Of a DNA stretch of 64,000 bases, positions 9,251 through 19,790 are shown piece by piece. Source of the DNA: Nitrospinaceae bacterium (GTDB lineage: Bacteria; Nitrospinota; Nitrospinia; Nitrospinales; JACRGP01); contig JAJDBD010000059.1 in assembly GCA_029261575.1 (NCBI GenBank), positions 16,182 through 80,181 of the forward strand, given 5' to 3'. Numbering within the stretch: position 1 is the stretch's first letter; each line of letters begins with the position of its first letter. Both the position numbers and the translations under genes were made by a program. The notes under the pieces are model-generated. The model saw only the letters and a list, made by a program, of their open reading frames with translations. It had not been told where the DNA came from and did not search any database.

Positions 9251-12049
9251 ATGGACTACAAAGACACTCTAAATTTACCGCAAACCAAATTTCCCATGAA
9301 GGCCAATCTGGCTCAAAGGGAACCGGAAATATTGAAAAAGTGGGACGAGGAAAATATTTACTCCCTTCTGCGCGAACGGTTTTCTGGCAAGCCCAAATAC
9401 GTTTTTCATGACGGTCCGCCCTACGCGAACGGCCATATTCATATGGGGCATGCGCTTAATAAAATACTTAAGGATTTTATAGTTAAATTTATGGGAATGA
9501 AGGGTTTTAATTCCTTGTTTATTCCGGGGTGGGATTGCCATGGTTTGCCCATTGAGCATCAGGTGCTCAAGGAGCAAAAGAAGAAAAAGGTCGAAACTCC
9601 CAAGGGCGGAATTCGTAAACTGTGTCGGGAGTACGCCGCAGAGTTCGTCGATATTCAAAGGGAGGAGTTTAAACGCTTGGGCGTTTTTGCCGACTGGGAA
9701 AATCCTTATCTGACGATGAACCATTCGTATCAGGCAACGATCATTAGGGAGTTTGGGAAATTCGTTACAGCCGGGATGGTTTACAAAGGACTCAAGCCGG
9801 TTCACTGGTGCACGAGTTGCGCGACCGCTTTGGCGGAGGCGGAGGTGGAATATGCGGATCACACCTCGCCTTCAATTTACGTCAAATTCCCCGTTAAAGA
9901 TGGGCTGACGGATCGAATCGAGGGTATCGATCCCGAAAGGGCCTTCTTTGTTATCTGGACCACCACGCCCTGGACGCTTCCCGCCAATCTGGCGATCTGC
10001 CTGCATCCCAAATTTCAGTACGTCGGGGTGCGCGTCGATGGCGCCGATTTGATCGTTGCGGAAGAGCTCCTGCCCGCGTTGGTTGCGGAGTGGGCGCTCG
10101 AGGATTATAAAATTCTGGGTAAATGCGCGGGCAAGGACCTGGAGGGCGTCGTCGCACGGCATCCTTTTATTGACCGCGATTCCATAGTCATTGTGGGCGA
10201 CCACGTTACGCTGGAGGCGGGGACGGGTTGTGTGCATACCGCTCCGGGGCATGGTCAGGACGACTATGTTGTGGGACAAAAGTACGGGTTGGAACCTTAC
10301 AATCCGGTAGACGACAAGGGGATTTTCAAACCGGAAGTGGAATTTTTCGCCGGCCAGTTCGTGACAAAGGCGAACCCGGAGATTATCGAAAAATTGCGCG
10401 CGCTGGGATTGATGGTAACCGACTCAACGATCAAGCATTCTTATCCCCATTGCTGGAGGTGTAGGCAACCCATTATTTTCCGCGCCACTGCCCAGTGGTT
10501 CATTTCCATGGACAAGGGGGATTTGCGGAAAAAATCTCTCGAGTGGATCGATAAAACCCAATGGGTTCCCGCCTGGGGCAAGGAGAGGATTTACAGCATG
10601 GTGGAGAACCGCCCCGACTGGTGCGTTTCCCGGCAAAGAACCTGGGGCGTTCCCATCGCCATTTTCATCTGTCAATCCTGCAATGAACCTTTGGCGTCCG
10701 GCGAGATATTCGAGCGCGTGGCAAAAATGGTAGAGCAGGAGGGCGCTGATTTCTGGTTTGAAAAGGAGCCGGAAGAAATTCTCCCATCAGGGACCCAGTG
10801 TTCCTGCGGCTCCGCGCAATTCAAAAAAGAGATGGATATTCTCGACGTATGGTTCGACTCCGGCGTCAGCCACGCGGCGGTATTGGAAAACGATCCGAAT
10901 TCCGCCTGGCCCGCAGACATGTACCTGGAAGGCAGCGACCAGCACCGAGGCTGGTTTCACAGTTCGCTTTTGGAATCTGTCGGCACGCGCGGACGGGCGC
11001 CTTATAAAACCGTTCTCACGCACGGTTATGTGGTGGACGGCAAGGGCAAAAAAATGTCCAAATCCGCAGGCAACGTTATAGCGCCGGAAAAAATCATCGA
11101 TCAGTACGGCGCGGAAATCCTGCGGCTGTGGGTCGCCTCGGAAAATTACCGCGAAGACATTCGCATCTCGCAAGAAATTTTAAAACGGCTCACGGAAGCT
11201 TATCGGAAAATCCGCAACACGTTTCGTTACCTTCTCGGCAACCTGGAAGATTTCGATTGGGAGAGAGACGGCGTGCCGGTCGAGGAAATGCAGGAGATCG
11301 ACCGTTTCATCCTCATGCGGTTGAAGCTTTTGAATGAAAAAATTCAAAAAGCGTTCGACAATTACGAGTTTCACGTGTTTTACCATTCTTTCTACAATTT
11401 CTGCGTGGTGGATTTGAGCGCGTTTTACCTGGATATTCTGAAGGACCGGATTTACACCTATCCGCGCGCTTCCCAGGCTCGCCGGTCCGGGCAAACCGCG
11501 CTTCATACTTTATTGACGAGCATGACTCGCCTGATGGCCCCTGTTTTAAGTTTTATGGCGGAAGAAATCTGGTCCTATCTCCCCAAAGGCGACGGCGAGG
11601 CGTCGAGCGTGTTTCTTTCCGAATTCTCTACTTTGGACAACCTGGCTCTGGACGATGAGTTGATGAACAAATGGGATCGCATCATCGAGTTGAAGGGAGA
11701 GGTCAGCAAGGCTCTGGAGATCAGCCGCAGGGAAAAAGTAATCGGTCACTCCCTGGACGCGCGGGTTCGACTGATCCTTCCAAAAGATTTGAGGGAAGTT
11801 TTGAAAGACAACCTGGACGAGCTGAAATTTATTTTTATCGTTTCCGGCGCCGACGTCGTCGATCAGTTGGAAGCGGACGATAAAATTTACGAAAGCGAAT
11901 CGATCAACGGTCTGCGGATCGGAGTGGGAATCATGCCGGGGAAAAAATGCGAACGCTGTTGGAACTATTTCGACGACGGCGCGGGATCTTCCGATTCGGC
12001 GTCCATATGCCTCCGGTGCCTGGAGCACCTGGACGCAGCCAAAGCCTAA
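9251..12049 (+). CDS. ileS: isoleucine--tRNA ligase
   Basis: ORF 9245..12049. MDYKDTLNLPQTKFPMKA start, HMGHALN, KMSKS, and a C-terminal Zn-finger CERCW...CLRC. I prefer ATG 9251 over TTG 9245. Confidence 0.95.
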   Translation: MDYKDTLNLPQTKFPMKANLAQREPEILKKWDEENIYSLLRERFSGKPKYVFHDGPPYANGHIHMGHALNKILKDFIVKFMGMKGFNSLFIPGWDCHGLPIEHQVLKEQKKKKVETPKGGIRKLCREYAAEFVDIQREEFKRLGVFADWENPYLTMNHSYQATIIREFGKFVTAGMVYKGLKPVHWCTSCATALAEAEVEYADHTSPSIYVKFPVKDGLTDRIEGIDPERAFFVIWTTTPWTLPANLAICLHPKFQYVGVRVDGADLIVAEELLPALVAEWALEDYKILGKCAGKDLEGVVARHPFIDRDSIVIVGDHVTLEAGTGCVHTAPGHGQDDYVVGQKYGLEPYNPVDDKGIFKPEVEFFAGQFVTKANPEIIEKLRALGLMVTDSTIKHSYPHCWRCRQPIIFRATAQWFISMDKGDLRKKSLEWIDKTQWVPAWGKERIYSMVENRPDWCVSRQRTWGVPIAIFICQSCNEPLASGEIFERVAKMVEQEGADFWFEKEPEEILPSGTQCSCGSAQFKKEMDILDVWFDSGVSHAAVLENDPNSAWPADMYLEGSDQHRGWFHSSLLESVGTRGRAPYKTVLTHGYVVDGKGKKMSKSAGNVIAPEKIIDQYGAEILRLWVASENYREDIRISQEILKRLTEAYRKIRNTFRYLLGNLEDFDWERDGVPVEEMQEIDRFILMRLKLLNEKIQKAFDNYEFHVFYHSFYNFCVVDLSAFYLDILKDRIYTYPRASQARRSGQTALHTLLTSMTRLMAPVLSFMAEEIWSYLPKGDGEASSVFLSEFSTLDNLALDDELMNKWDRIIELKGEVSKALEISRREKVIGHSLDARVRLILPKDLREVLKDNLDELKFIFIVSGADVVDQLEADDKIYESESINGLRIGVGIMPGKKCERCWNYFDDGAGSSDSASICLRCLEHLDAAKA

Positions 12050-12062
12050 ACGAAACTTTTCC

Positions 12063-12560
12063 GTGCGAAACAAGTACTTACATTTGTTCCTCATTTCCAA
12101 CGCGTTGATCATTATCGACCAGTTCACCAAATTCATGGCGGCGTCGCGTATTCCTTTGCACGACTCCATCCCCGTTATCGACAATTTTTTTCATATCACT
12201 CATATTAGAAACTCCGGGGTGGCTTTTGGTTTGTTCGCCGGCCAGGCGGAGAACAACAAGGCTACGTTTTTTGTTGCCATCTCCCTGGTGGCCATCGCCG
12301 CGATCCTGGGATTTTTTCACCGCACTCCGGAGCGGCATAAACTGTCGCTGAACGGTTTGATACTGATTTTCAGCGGCGCCATTGGCAACCTGATCGACCG
12401 CATTTTGCACCGCGAGGTGATCGATTTTATTTATTTTTTTTACAAGGATTTTCATTTCCCGGCCTTCAATATCGCCGATTCATGTATTACAATAGGGGTC
12501 GGTTTGATGTTTCTGGATATGTTTTTAAATCCGTCTGGCTCCGACCCTTCAGCTTCCTGA
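12063..12560 (+). CDS. lspA: lipoprotein signal peptidase II
   Basis: 165 aa. NSGVAFG and NLIDR...FNIAD motifs, and the classic position after ileS. Confidence 0.9.
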   Translation: MRNKYLHLFLISNALIIIDQFTKFMAASRIPLHDSIPVIDNFFHITHIRNSGVAFGLFAGQAENNKATFFVAISLVAIAAILGFFHRTPERHKLSLNGLILIFSGAIGNLIDRILHREVIDFIYFFYKDFHFPAFNIADSCITIGVGLMFLDMFLNPSGSDPSAS

Positions 12561-12617
12561 AAATAATTTTTCGCGTCTTTATCAGGATTTTCACGAAAAC
12601 GCCCACGAAAGCGTCCC

Positions 12618-13385
12618 ATGCATCCCGTCCTCCTGGAATTTGGTTTCATAAAAATTTTTACTTACGGCGTCTTTGTCGCCTCGGGATTCTTTGTCGCTAT
12701 CGTTTTGGCGGGCTGGCAGGCCAAGGCCGAGGGGCTGGACCAGGAAAAAGTATTGGACCTTTGCTTTTATATTCTGGTCGCCGCCATCCTGGGCGCGCGC
12801 CTGCTTTATGTGCTGGTGGAATATAAATACTTTTCCGCGAATCCCCTGGAAATATTTAAATTCTGGAAAGGCGGGCTGGTTTATTACGGCGGCTTGATCC
12901 TGGGCGCGTTGGTTTCCTTTTTTTATATGCGCAAGCACAACATGCCCGTCTGGAAAGTTGCGGACGTGATCGCTCCTTCCCTGGCCATCGGGCAGGCCAT
13001 CGGGCGATGGGGTTGTTTTTTCGCGGGCTGTTGTTACGGAAAGAAAACAGAGGTCTCATGGGCCATCGTGTTTACCGACGCTAAATCCCTGGCTCCAATT
13101 AATATCCCCCTGCACCCGACGCAAATCTATCTTTCCCTGAACGCGTTGGTCATCCTCGGCATTTTGGTTTGGTTGAGGAAACGAAAAACTTTTGACGGGC
13201 AGATTTTTTGGGCCTACGGCGCGCTGTATTCTATCGGACGCTTCCTCATTGAGTTCTTTCGAGGGGACGACCGAGGCTTTGCCGTCGAGGGGGTTCTTTC
13301 CACCTCGCAGTTTATAGGGATTTTTACGTTGGCCATTTCCCTGCTGATGTTGTTCTCCCTTCGTTCCTTCAAGACGGCGCGATAA
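12618..13385 (+). CDS. lgt: prolipoprotein diacylglyceryl transferase
   Basis: 255 aa, multi-TM. GGLVYYGG, GRWGCFFAGCCYG and HPTQIY motifs. Confidence 0.9.
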   Translation: MHPVLLEFGFIKIFTYGVFVASGFFVAIVLAGWQAKAEGLDQEKVLDLCFYILVAAILGARLLYVLVEYKYFSANPLEIFKFWKGGLVYYGGLILGALVSFFYMRKHNMPVWKVADVIAPSLAIGQAIGRWGCFFAGCCYGKKTEVSWAIVFTDAKSLAPINIPLHPTQIYLSLNALVILGILVWLRKRKTFDGQIFWAYGALYSIGRFLIEFFRGDDRGFAVEGVLSTSQFIGIFTLAISLLMLFSLRSFKTAR

Positions 13386-13540
13386 CCGGCTGGGCGCCGC
13401 CAGCGTGACGCTGGCTGCTCGCCGCAGGGGCAGTAGGTAACCTTTTACGGTGAATGCTATAAGAGCTAGGTTGAGTTTGAAAATCCAAACCACTGGTCCC
13501 GGCGCCTCGCCGGTTGCCTCCAGGCGCTTGCCCGGCGCGT
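13386..13540. repeat. GC-rich modular intergenic repeat, copy A
   Basis: Shares CCAGCGTGACGCTGGCTGCTCGCCGCAGGGGCAGTAGG (13400-13437) with the reverse complement of 57894-57931. Shares TGCCTCCAGGCGCTTGCC (13515-13532) with 22614-22631 and with the reverse complement of 57780-57797. Begins right after the lgt stop codon. Confidence 0.8.
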
Positions 13541-13568
13541 CTTATACGTTTCTCTTCCTTTATTTCTT

Positions 13569-14312
13569 ATGCTTTCTCTAATTCAAATTTCCGATTTACA
13601 TATAACGCTTTCTCCCGAAGACCGGTTTCGCGGGGTGGATACGCGGGCCAGTTTGAACCGGGTATTGCAAACCCGCGAGGTCCACGAGGCTGAGGCGCTT
13701 ATCGTTACCGGCGATTTGGCGGCCAAAGACCCGCATCCGGAAATTTACCGCTACATAAAAAATGTTTTGGACGCTTGCGGAACTTCCTATCATATTCTGC
13801 CGGGAAACCACGACCGATCGGACTTGACGGCGGAAATTTTCGGAATGGAGTTGAACGCCGGAAAATTAAATCGTTTTGTGGATCATCCCGCTCCCATGAT
13901 TTTTATGGATTCGTCGACGGAGGAAACGCTTCCCGAGGATCTGGCGTTTCTGGAAAACGCGTTGCGACATTTTTCCGGAAGGCGTCCCTTGCTGTTCATT
14001 CACCATCCTTTGAGGGAATGCGATCATCCTTATTTTGATACGCATTGCGTGCTGAATGGCCGCGAAAAAATCTGCGAAGTTTTGGAAAGGGAAAATGGGG
14101 GAGGGGTCCGGCATGTATTTTCCGGGCACGCTCATAAAAGCCATTCCCAAACTGTTTCCGGTATCGCCTACCACGTAAGCCCGTCGACGGCCTGTGAGTT
14201 TTATTCGACGCCGGACGACGTTTTTGACAGCCACCAAATGCCCGGCTTTCGAAAGATCGTCGTGGAACCGGTTTTGGGCGGATTGGATACGCGAACCATT
14301 TATCTGAGTTGA
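13569..14312 (+). CDS. metallophosphoesterase, Icc/CpdA-like (candidate cyclic-nucleotide phosphodiesterase)
   Basis: 247 aa. Ordered motifs SDLH, TGDL, PGNHD, IHHP and SGHAHKSH. Confidence 0.7.
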   Translation: MLSLIQISDLHITLSPEDRFRGVDTRASLNRVLQTREVHEAEALIVTGDLAAKDPHPEIYRYIKNVLDACGTSYHILPGNHDRSDLTAEIFGMELNAGKLNRFVDHPAPMIFMDSSTEETLPEDLAFLENALRHFSGRRPLLFIHHPLRECDHPYFDTHCVLNGREKICEVLERENGGGVRHVFSGHAHKSHSQTVSGIAYHVSPSTACEFYSTPDDVFDSHQMPGFRKIVVEPVLGGLDTRTIYLS

Positions 14313-14683
14313 TCAAGGTTTTATCGGGCCGCTCAAGGCCCGCGAGAAAGGAACTGCAAATGGATAAACCGGAAATGGATCAAGCGGAAAGCCAAAAGGA
14401 AACGGTCCGTTTAAGGCGCGGCGACCGGGTGGTTGAAAAGGTTTCGGTTCCCTCCCTGATTGGCGGAATTAAAAAAGGCAAACTGCGCCGGACCGATGAA
14501 ATTTCCATGGATGGAAACAGGTGGGTCGAGTTGGGCGAGCACCGTAAATTGGGACGACTGTTTGCTTCGGTTGAAAATACGCCATCCTCACCACCGTCCC
14601 GCCCATCGGAAAATTTAAAAAAGCGCCTCGCGGGCATATCCGAAATGTTGGATGAAATAAACTCTGCTACCCCGTTGCAATAG
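14309..14683 (+). CDS. hypothetical protein with GYF_2-like segment
   Basis: 124 aa. DGNRWVELGEHRKLGRLF resembles the DUF4339/GYF_2 type. The start may be ATG 14360 (AAAGGA upstream). Confidence 0.45.
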   Translation: MIKVLSGRSRPARKELQMDKPEMDQAESQKETVRLRRGDRVVEKVSVPSLIGGIKKGKLRRTDEISMDGNRWVELGEHRKLGRLFASVENTPSSPPSRPSENLKKRLAGISEMLDEINSATPLQ

Positions 14684-14691
14684 GTCCCTAA

Positions 14692-14994
14692 TTATTTTAC
14701 CGCCGTTAAATTGTATTCCTTGAATTCCAGCGGCTCGAGGGTTTCCGGATACACCGCGTTGACGAAAAGTTCCGAAGCCTTGGAACTTTGATGGATTTTC
14801 AAAGCCGCCTCGTTTTCAAATACAATCACATGCTGGAAGCTGTATGGATCCAGGACTTCCTGTCCCGCCGTATAGGAGGTTATGCCGGGCTCGTGGAGCT
14901 TGACGTAACGCACCAGATCGCAAACCGCGTTGCGAACTTTTTCGATACTTTCACGTTTAACCCTGTAACGGGCAGTCAGGTAAATGGGCCTCAT
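14692..14994 (-). CDS. antibiotic-biosynthesis-monooxygenase (ABM) domain protein
   Basis: 100 aa. Ferredoxin-like ABM pattern (EPGITSY...VIVFENEAALKIHQSS). Confidence 0.6.
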   Translation of the reverse strand: MRPIYLTARYRVKRESIEKVRNAVCDLVRYVKLHEPGITSYTAGQEVLDPYSFQHVIVFENEAALKIHQSSKASELFVNAVYPETLEPLEFKEYNLTAVK

Positions 14995-15023
14995 TTGATC
15001 GACTCCAATCAGTTATTAAGAAA

Positions 15024-15950
15024 TCAAAGGGAAGTCGCCTTATCCAGCGGGGAGGGGGGAACTTTTTTGTCTTCCTTAAGTTCCGCGCGAGGTTTGGGAA
15101 TGGGTTTGTTTTTTAACAATGACAACAGATTTTCCAACGTGGTTTTAAGATCGCGGCGGTGAACGACCTGATCGATCAAACCGTGTTCCAGCAAAAACTC
15201 GGACGTCTGGAACCCGTCGGGGAGTTCTTGCTGAATGGTCTGTTTGATAACCCTGGGGCCTGCAAACCCAATGGTGGCCCCAGGTTCCGCCAGGATAACA
15301 TCGCCCAGCAGGGCGAAACTTGCCGACACCCCGCCCGTGGTTGGATCGGTCAGAAGTGAAATGTAGGGAATGCCTGCCTCGGAAAGTTGTTGCAGGGAAG
15401 AAACGGTTTTGGCCATTTGCATGAGGGAAAGAATCCCTTCCTGCATTCTCGCGCCTCCGGAACAGCTAACGATGATCAGCGCCGATTGGTTTTTAATAGC
15501 CCTTTCAATACTCCGGGTTATTTTTTCTCCCACAACAGAACCCATGCTCCCGCCCATAAAGCCAAAATCAAAACTACAAATTTCAACCTCGTGTTCGCCT
15601 ATTTTGCCGGTTCCACAAATAATGGCGTCTTTTGGATTTCCATCTTTAAGATAATGTTTGATCCGGTCCTTGTATTTCTTTTTGTCCTTAAATTTAAGCG
15701 TATCCAGGGACACAAGGTTGACGTCGCGCTCTTGAAAAGAATCCGGGTTTACCAGGAGCCGGATGCGTTGTTGTCCATCGATCCGATAGTGAAGATCGCA
15801 CTTGAGGCAAACGTAGAGATTTTGATCAAGTTTGGAAGGATATTGGATCTCCTGGCAACGCGTGCACCCAAACCAATCTTCCTGCTCCTGCTTGGAGATT
15901 TTTTTCCCCAGGTTGGCGGCGGTGGATTTTACTTTATCTAACCAGGACAT
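15024..15950 (-). CDS. accD: acetyl-CoA carboxylase carboxyltransferase beta subunit
   Basis: 308 aa. N-terminal Zn finger CTRCQ...CLKC and MGGSMGSVVGEK. Confidence 0.9.
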   Translation of the reverse strand: MSWLDKVKSTAANLGKKISKQEQEDWFGCTRCQEIQYPSKLDQNLYVCLKCDLHYRIDGQQRIRLLVNPDSFQERDVNLVSLDTLKFKDKKKYKDRIKHYLKDGNPKDAIICGTGKIGEHEVEICSFDFGFMGGSMGSVVGEKITRSIERAIKNQSALIIVSCSGGARMQEGILSLMQMAKTVSSLQQLSEAGIPYISLLTDPTTGGVSASFALLGDVILAEPGATIGFAGPRVIKQTIQQELPDGFQTSEFLLEHGLIDQVVHRRDLKTTLENLLSLLKNKPIPKPRAELKEDKKVPPSPLDKATSL

Positions 15951-16003
15951 GGGAAATAGGGGTAATTATTAAAATGAACGGCGCTGGAAGGGCCTCGAAG
16001 AAA

Positions 16004-16783
16004 TCAGGATCTTCCCGTTTTGCCGTCGGCATTGGTCGGCTGGCTTTCCGGCGCGGCCTTTTTACGAGATTGATTGAACCACAGGACGAGCGGTCCCAGA
16101 AACACATAAGCCAGGCTGAGAAAAAATAAGGATATTTTTGGCACGGTCGCCAATGAATAGCATAATAAAATAACGAAAAGAAAGCGGGGAAAGGTGACTC
16201 GTTTCTTTTTCAGAGTTTGTTTGAAGGAAGGATATTTAATGTTGCTGACCATGAGAAACGCCAACGTATAAATAATAAAAACGATCACTCCGGGACTCGC
16301 TTTTTCGATGAGGTCTTCGCCGCTGGCAATGACGATGGCGGAAATAATGGCGGCGGAAGCCGGGGTGGGCAGGCCGGAGAAATCCGGTCCCTGGGTTTCC
16401 GGTTTGATGGTGTTGAACCGTGCCAGGCGCAGGGCCGAGCACAGCAGGAATAAAAAAGCCGCCATCCAGCCAATTCGGCCAAAAGGTTTCAGGACCCAGG
16501 AATACATCAGGAAAGCCGGGGCCATTCCGAAGGTGATGACGTCGGCCAACGAATCGTATTGAACGCCAAAGGCGCTGGTCGTGTTGGTGAGACGCGCCAC
16601 CCGTCCGTCCAGCATGTCGAAAATCATGCCGAACACAATGGCCCAGGCGGCCACCGTATAGTTTTCGTTCATCACCGCAATGAAGGCGTAGAACCCGCAA
16701 AATACGTTGCCCGTGGTGAACAGGCTGGGCAGGATGTAGATTCCCTTCCTGAAGCGCTTTGGAGAAATGGTTCGATTCTTCAT
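16004..16783 (-). CDS. pssA: CDP-diacylglycerol--serine O-phosphatidyltransferase
   Basis: 259 aa. CDP-alcohol transferase motif DMLDGRVARLTNTTSAFGVQYDSLADVI. Adjacent to psd. Confidence 0.85.
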   Translation of the reverse strand: MKNRTISPKRFRKGIYILPSLFTTGNVFCGFYAFIAVMNENYTVAAWAIVFGMIFDMLDGRVARLTNTTSAFGVQYDSLADVITFGMAPAFLMYSWVLKPFGRIGWMAAFLFLLCSALRLARFNTIKPETQGPDFSGLPTPASAAIISAIVIASGEDLIEKASPGVIVFIIYTLAFLMVSNIKYPSFKQTLKKKRVTFPRFLFVILLCYSLATVPKISLFFLSLAYVFLGPLVLWFNQSRKKAAPESQPTNADGKTGRS

Positions 16784-16788
16784 TCTGA

Positions 16789-17427
16789 TTAATCCGTCGG
16801 CAAATAAGCGATGATACTGCTTCCGCCTTTGACGATATCTCCGATTTTGATTTCCAATCGCGAGTTTTTTGGAAGGAACACGTCGGCCCGGCTTCCGAAA
16901 CGAATCAAGCCGAACCGCTCCCCACGTTCAAACGTTTGGTTCTCCTTCGCCCAGCAAACAATCCTTCGCGCGATCAGTCCCGCAATCTGCCGAACCAGCA
17001 CCTTGACGTTGCCGTGCTGGATCAGGAGAATGTTTTGCTCGTTGTCCAGCGACGCTTTATGATTGGACGCGTTCAAAAATTTCCCCCGGTTGTACTGGAT
17101 TTTTTCAATGTTCCCAGCCACGGGCATGCGATTGACATGCACGTTGAACACGTTTAAAAAAATACTGATCCGGGTGAAAGTCTCTCCCAAGATGGGATCC
17201 TTTTCCTCTTCGACGATCGCAACGACTTTCCCGTCCGCCGGCGAAACAACGACGTTGTCGCCGGAGGGGATCGGCCTTTCCGGATCGCGAAAAAAATTGG
17301 TCACAAACAAAAAGCCCAGGCCAAAAAATCCGGCGACCCAGGGAAATCCCATAAACCAGAAACCCAGCGTCAGCGCTCCCAGCGGGAGAATAAATCGGAG
17401 TCCGTCCTTAGCGATTGGCAATCTCAT
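16789..17427 (-). CDS. psd: phosphatidylserine decarboxylase proenzyme (short form)
   Basis: 212 aa. RISIFLNVFNVHVNRMP and a C-terminal FGSR self-cleavage-type motif. Confidence 0.85.
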   Translation of the reverse strand: MRLPIAKDGLRFILPLGALTLGFWFMGFPWVAGFFGLGFLFVTNFFRDPERPIPSGDNVVVSPADGKVVAIVEEEKDPILGETFTRISIFLNVFNVHVNRMPVAGNIEKIQYNRGKFLNASNHKASLDNEQNILLIQHGNVKVLVRQIAGLIARRIVCWAKENQTFERGERFGLIRFGSRADVFLPKNSRLEIKIGDIVKGGSSIIAYLPTD

Positions 17428-17440
17428 CGGCGGTCCGCCC

Positions 17441-18472
<1,032 letters not shown>

Positions 18473-18482
18473 TTATTAGTTG

Positions 18483-18971
18483 TCAGTTAATGGTTTTCAT
18501 CCCGCGGGAAATGGCGATTCGGCCCGAGCGCACCACTTCCTTGATCCCCAAAGGTTTGAGTAGCTCGATGAACCCGTTTAATTTTCCTTCGTCGCCGGTG
18601 ATTTCAAGCGTATAGGTTTTGGAACTGACGTCGACTACTTTAGCGCGAAATATTTCCGCGATGCGGAGGATTTCTTCCCGCACTCGCGGTTCCGCGTTCA
18701 TTTTAATGAGGAGCAATTCGCGATCCACAAAATTTTCCTCGGTCAAATCGACCACCTTGATAATGTCGACGAGCTTGTTTAGCTGTTTGGTGATTTGTTC
18801 TATCTTTTTATCGTCCCCTCGGGTGACAATGGTCATGCGCGAGATAGAGGGGTCGTAAGTTTCGGCCACGTTGAGGCTTTCGATGTTGAATCCTCGACCG
18901 CTGAACAGGCCGGAAACCCGGGAAAGAACGCCAAAACGGTTGACCATAAGTACAGAAATGGTGTGTTGCAT
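18483..18971 (-). CDS. ilvN: acetolactate synthase small (regulatory) subunit
   Basis: 162 aa. ISVLMVNRFGVLSRVSGLFSGRGFNIESL ACT domain. Confidence 0.9.
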   Translation of the reverse strand: MQHTISVLMVNRFGVLSRVSGLFSGRGFNIESLNVAETYDPSISRMTIVTRGDDKKIEQITKQLNKLVDIIKVVDLTEENFVDRELLLIKMNAEPRVREEILRIAEIFRAKVVDVSSKTYTLEITGDEGKLNGFIELLKPLGIKEVVRSGRIAISRGMKTIN

Positions 18972-19076
18972 TCGCTTGCTTGTGGATTAGGGGTTAATGG
19001 AAGACCGGAAAAACAGGTCTCGGCGATTAAGTCGGAACAGGCATAATATCAAAAAAGCCTTGATTATTCTACTTGT

Positions 19077-19766
19077 TTGAATAATTGGGCCAAAAATTAT
19101 CGCGGAGAGCCTTTGGACAACCGTCAAATAGCTAAAGTCCTGCGTGGTTTGAGAAAGCAGGCGCAATCCTGGAAAACCCCCGTGGTGATTCAAATCGGTA
19201 AAAAGCCGGACCCGTTCCAGGTTTTGATCAGTTGCCTGATAAGCCTTCGGACGCGGGACCCCATTACGGAAGAGGCTTCGATCCGGTTGTTCGCGTTGGC
19301 GAAAAATCCGAAGCGCCTGGCTGACCTGGGCGTTGAGGAAATTGAACAGGCTGTTTATCCCGCGGCGTTTTATCGCAACAAGGCTCGGACGCTGAAGGCG
19401 CTGGGCAGGCAGTTGTGCGATGAATTCGAGGGAAAAGTTCCGGATTCCATGGAAGCCCTGCTGGGTTTGAAAGGCGTGGGAAGAAAAACCGCCAATCTCA
19501 CCCTGATACTGGGTTTCGACAAACCGGGAATTTGCGTGGACACGCATGTTCACCGCATATGCGGGCGCTGGGGATACATTCAGGCTTCCACGGCGGATGA
19601 AACGGAAGGGGTCCTGCGAAAGAAATTGCCGAAGCGCTATTGGAAAGAATTCAATTTTCTTTTGGTGGCTTTGGGGCAAAACTGTTGCAGGCCGATTTCT
19701 CCACTTTGTTCGTCCTGTTGCATCTCCGAGTTTTGCCCCAAAATGGGCGTGACCCGCCATCGTTGA
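19077..19766 (+). CDS. nth: endonuclease III-like HhH-GPD DNA glycosylase
   Basis: 229 aa. LKGVGRKTANL helix-hairpin-helix, VDTHVHR, and a C-terminal Cys cluster CCRPISPLCSSCCISEFC. Confidence 0.85.
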   Translation: MNNWAKNYRGEPLDNRQIAKVLRGLRKQAQSWKTPVVIQIGKKPDPFQVLISCLISLRTRDPITEEASIRLFALAKNPKRLADLGVEEIEQAVYPAAFYRNKARTLKALGRQLCDEFEGKVPDSMEALLGLKGVGRKTANLTLILGFDKPGICVDTHVHRICGRWGYIQASTADETEGVLRKKLPKRYWKEFNFLLVALGQNCCRPISPLCSSCCISEFCPKMGVTRHR

Positions 19767-19790
19767 GGCGGGGCGAACCTGAGGTTTTTT

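Noticed and set aside
18987-19760. 257-aa minus-strand ORF that would sit where ilvB is expected
   Set aside because: It is antisense to the nth gene, which has HhH and Fe-S cluster motifs. It has no thiamine-diphosphate enzyme motifs and is far too short for ilvB.
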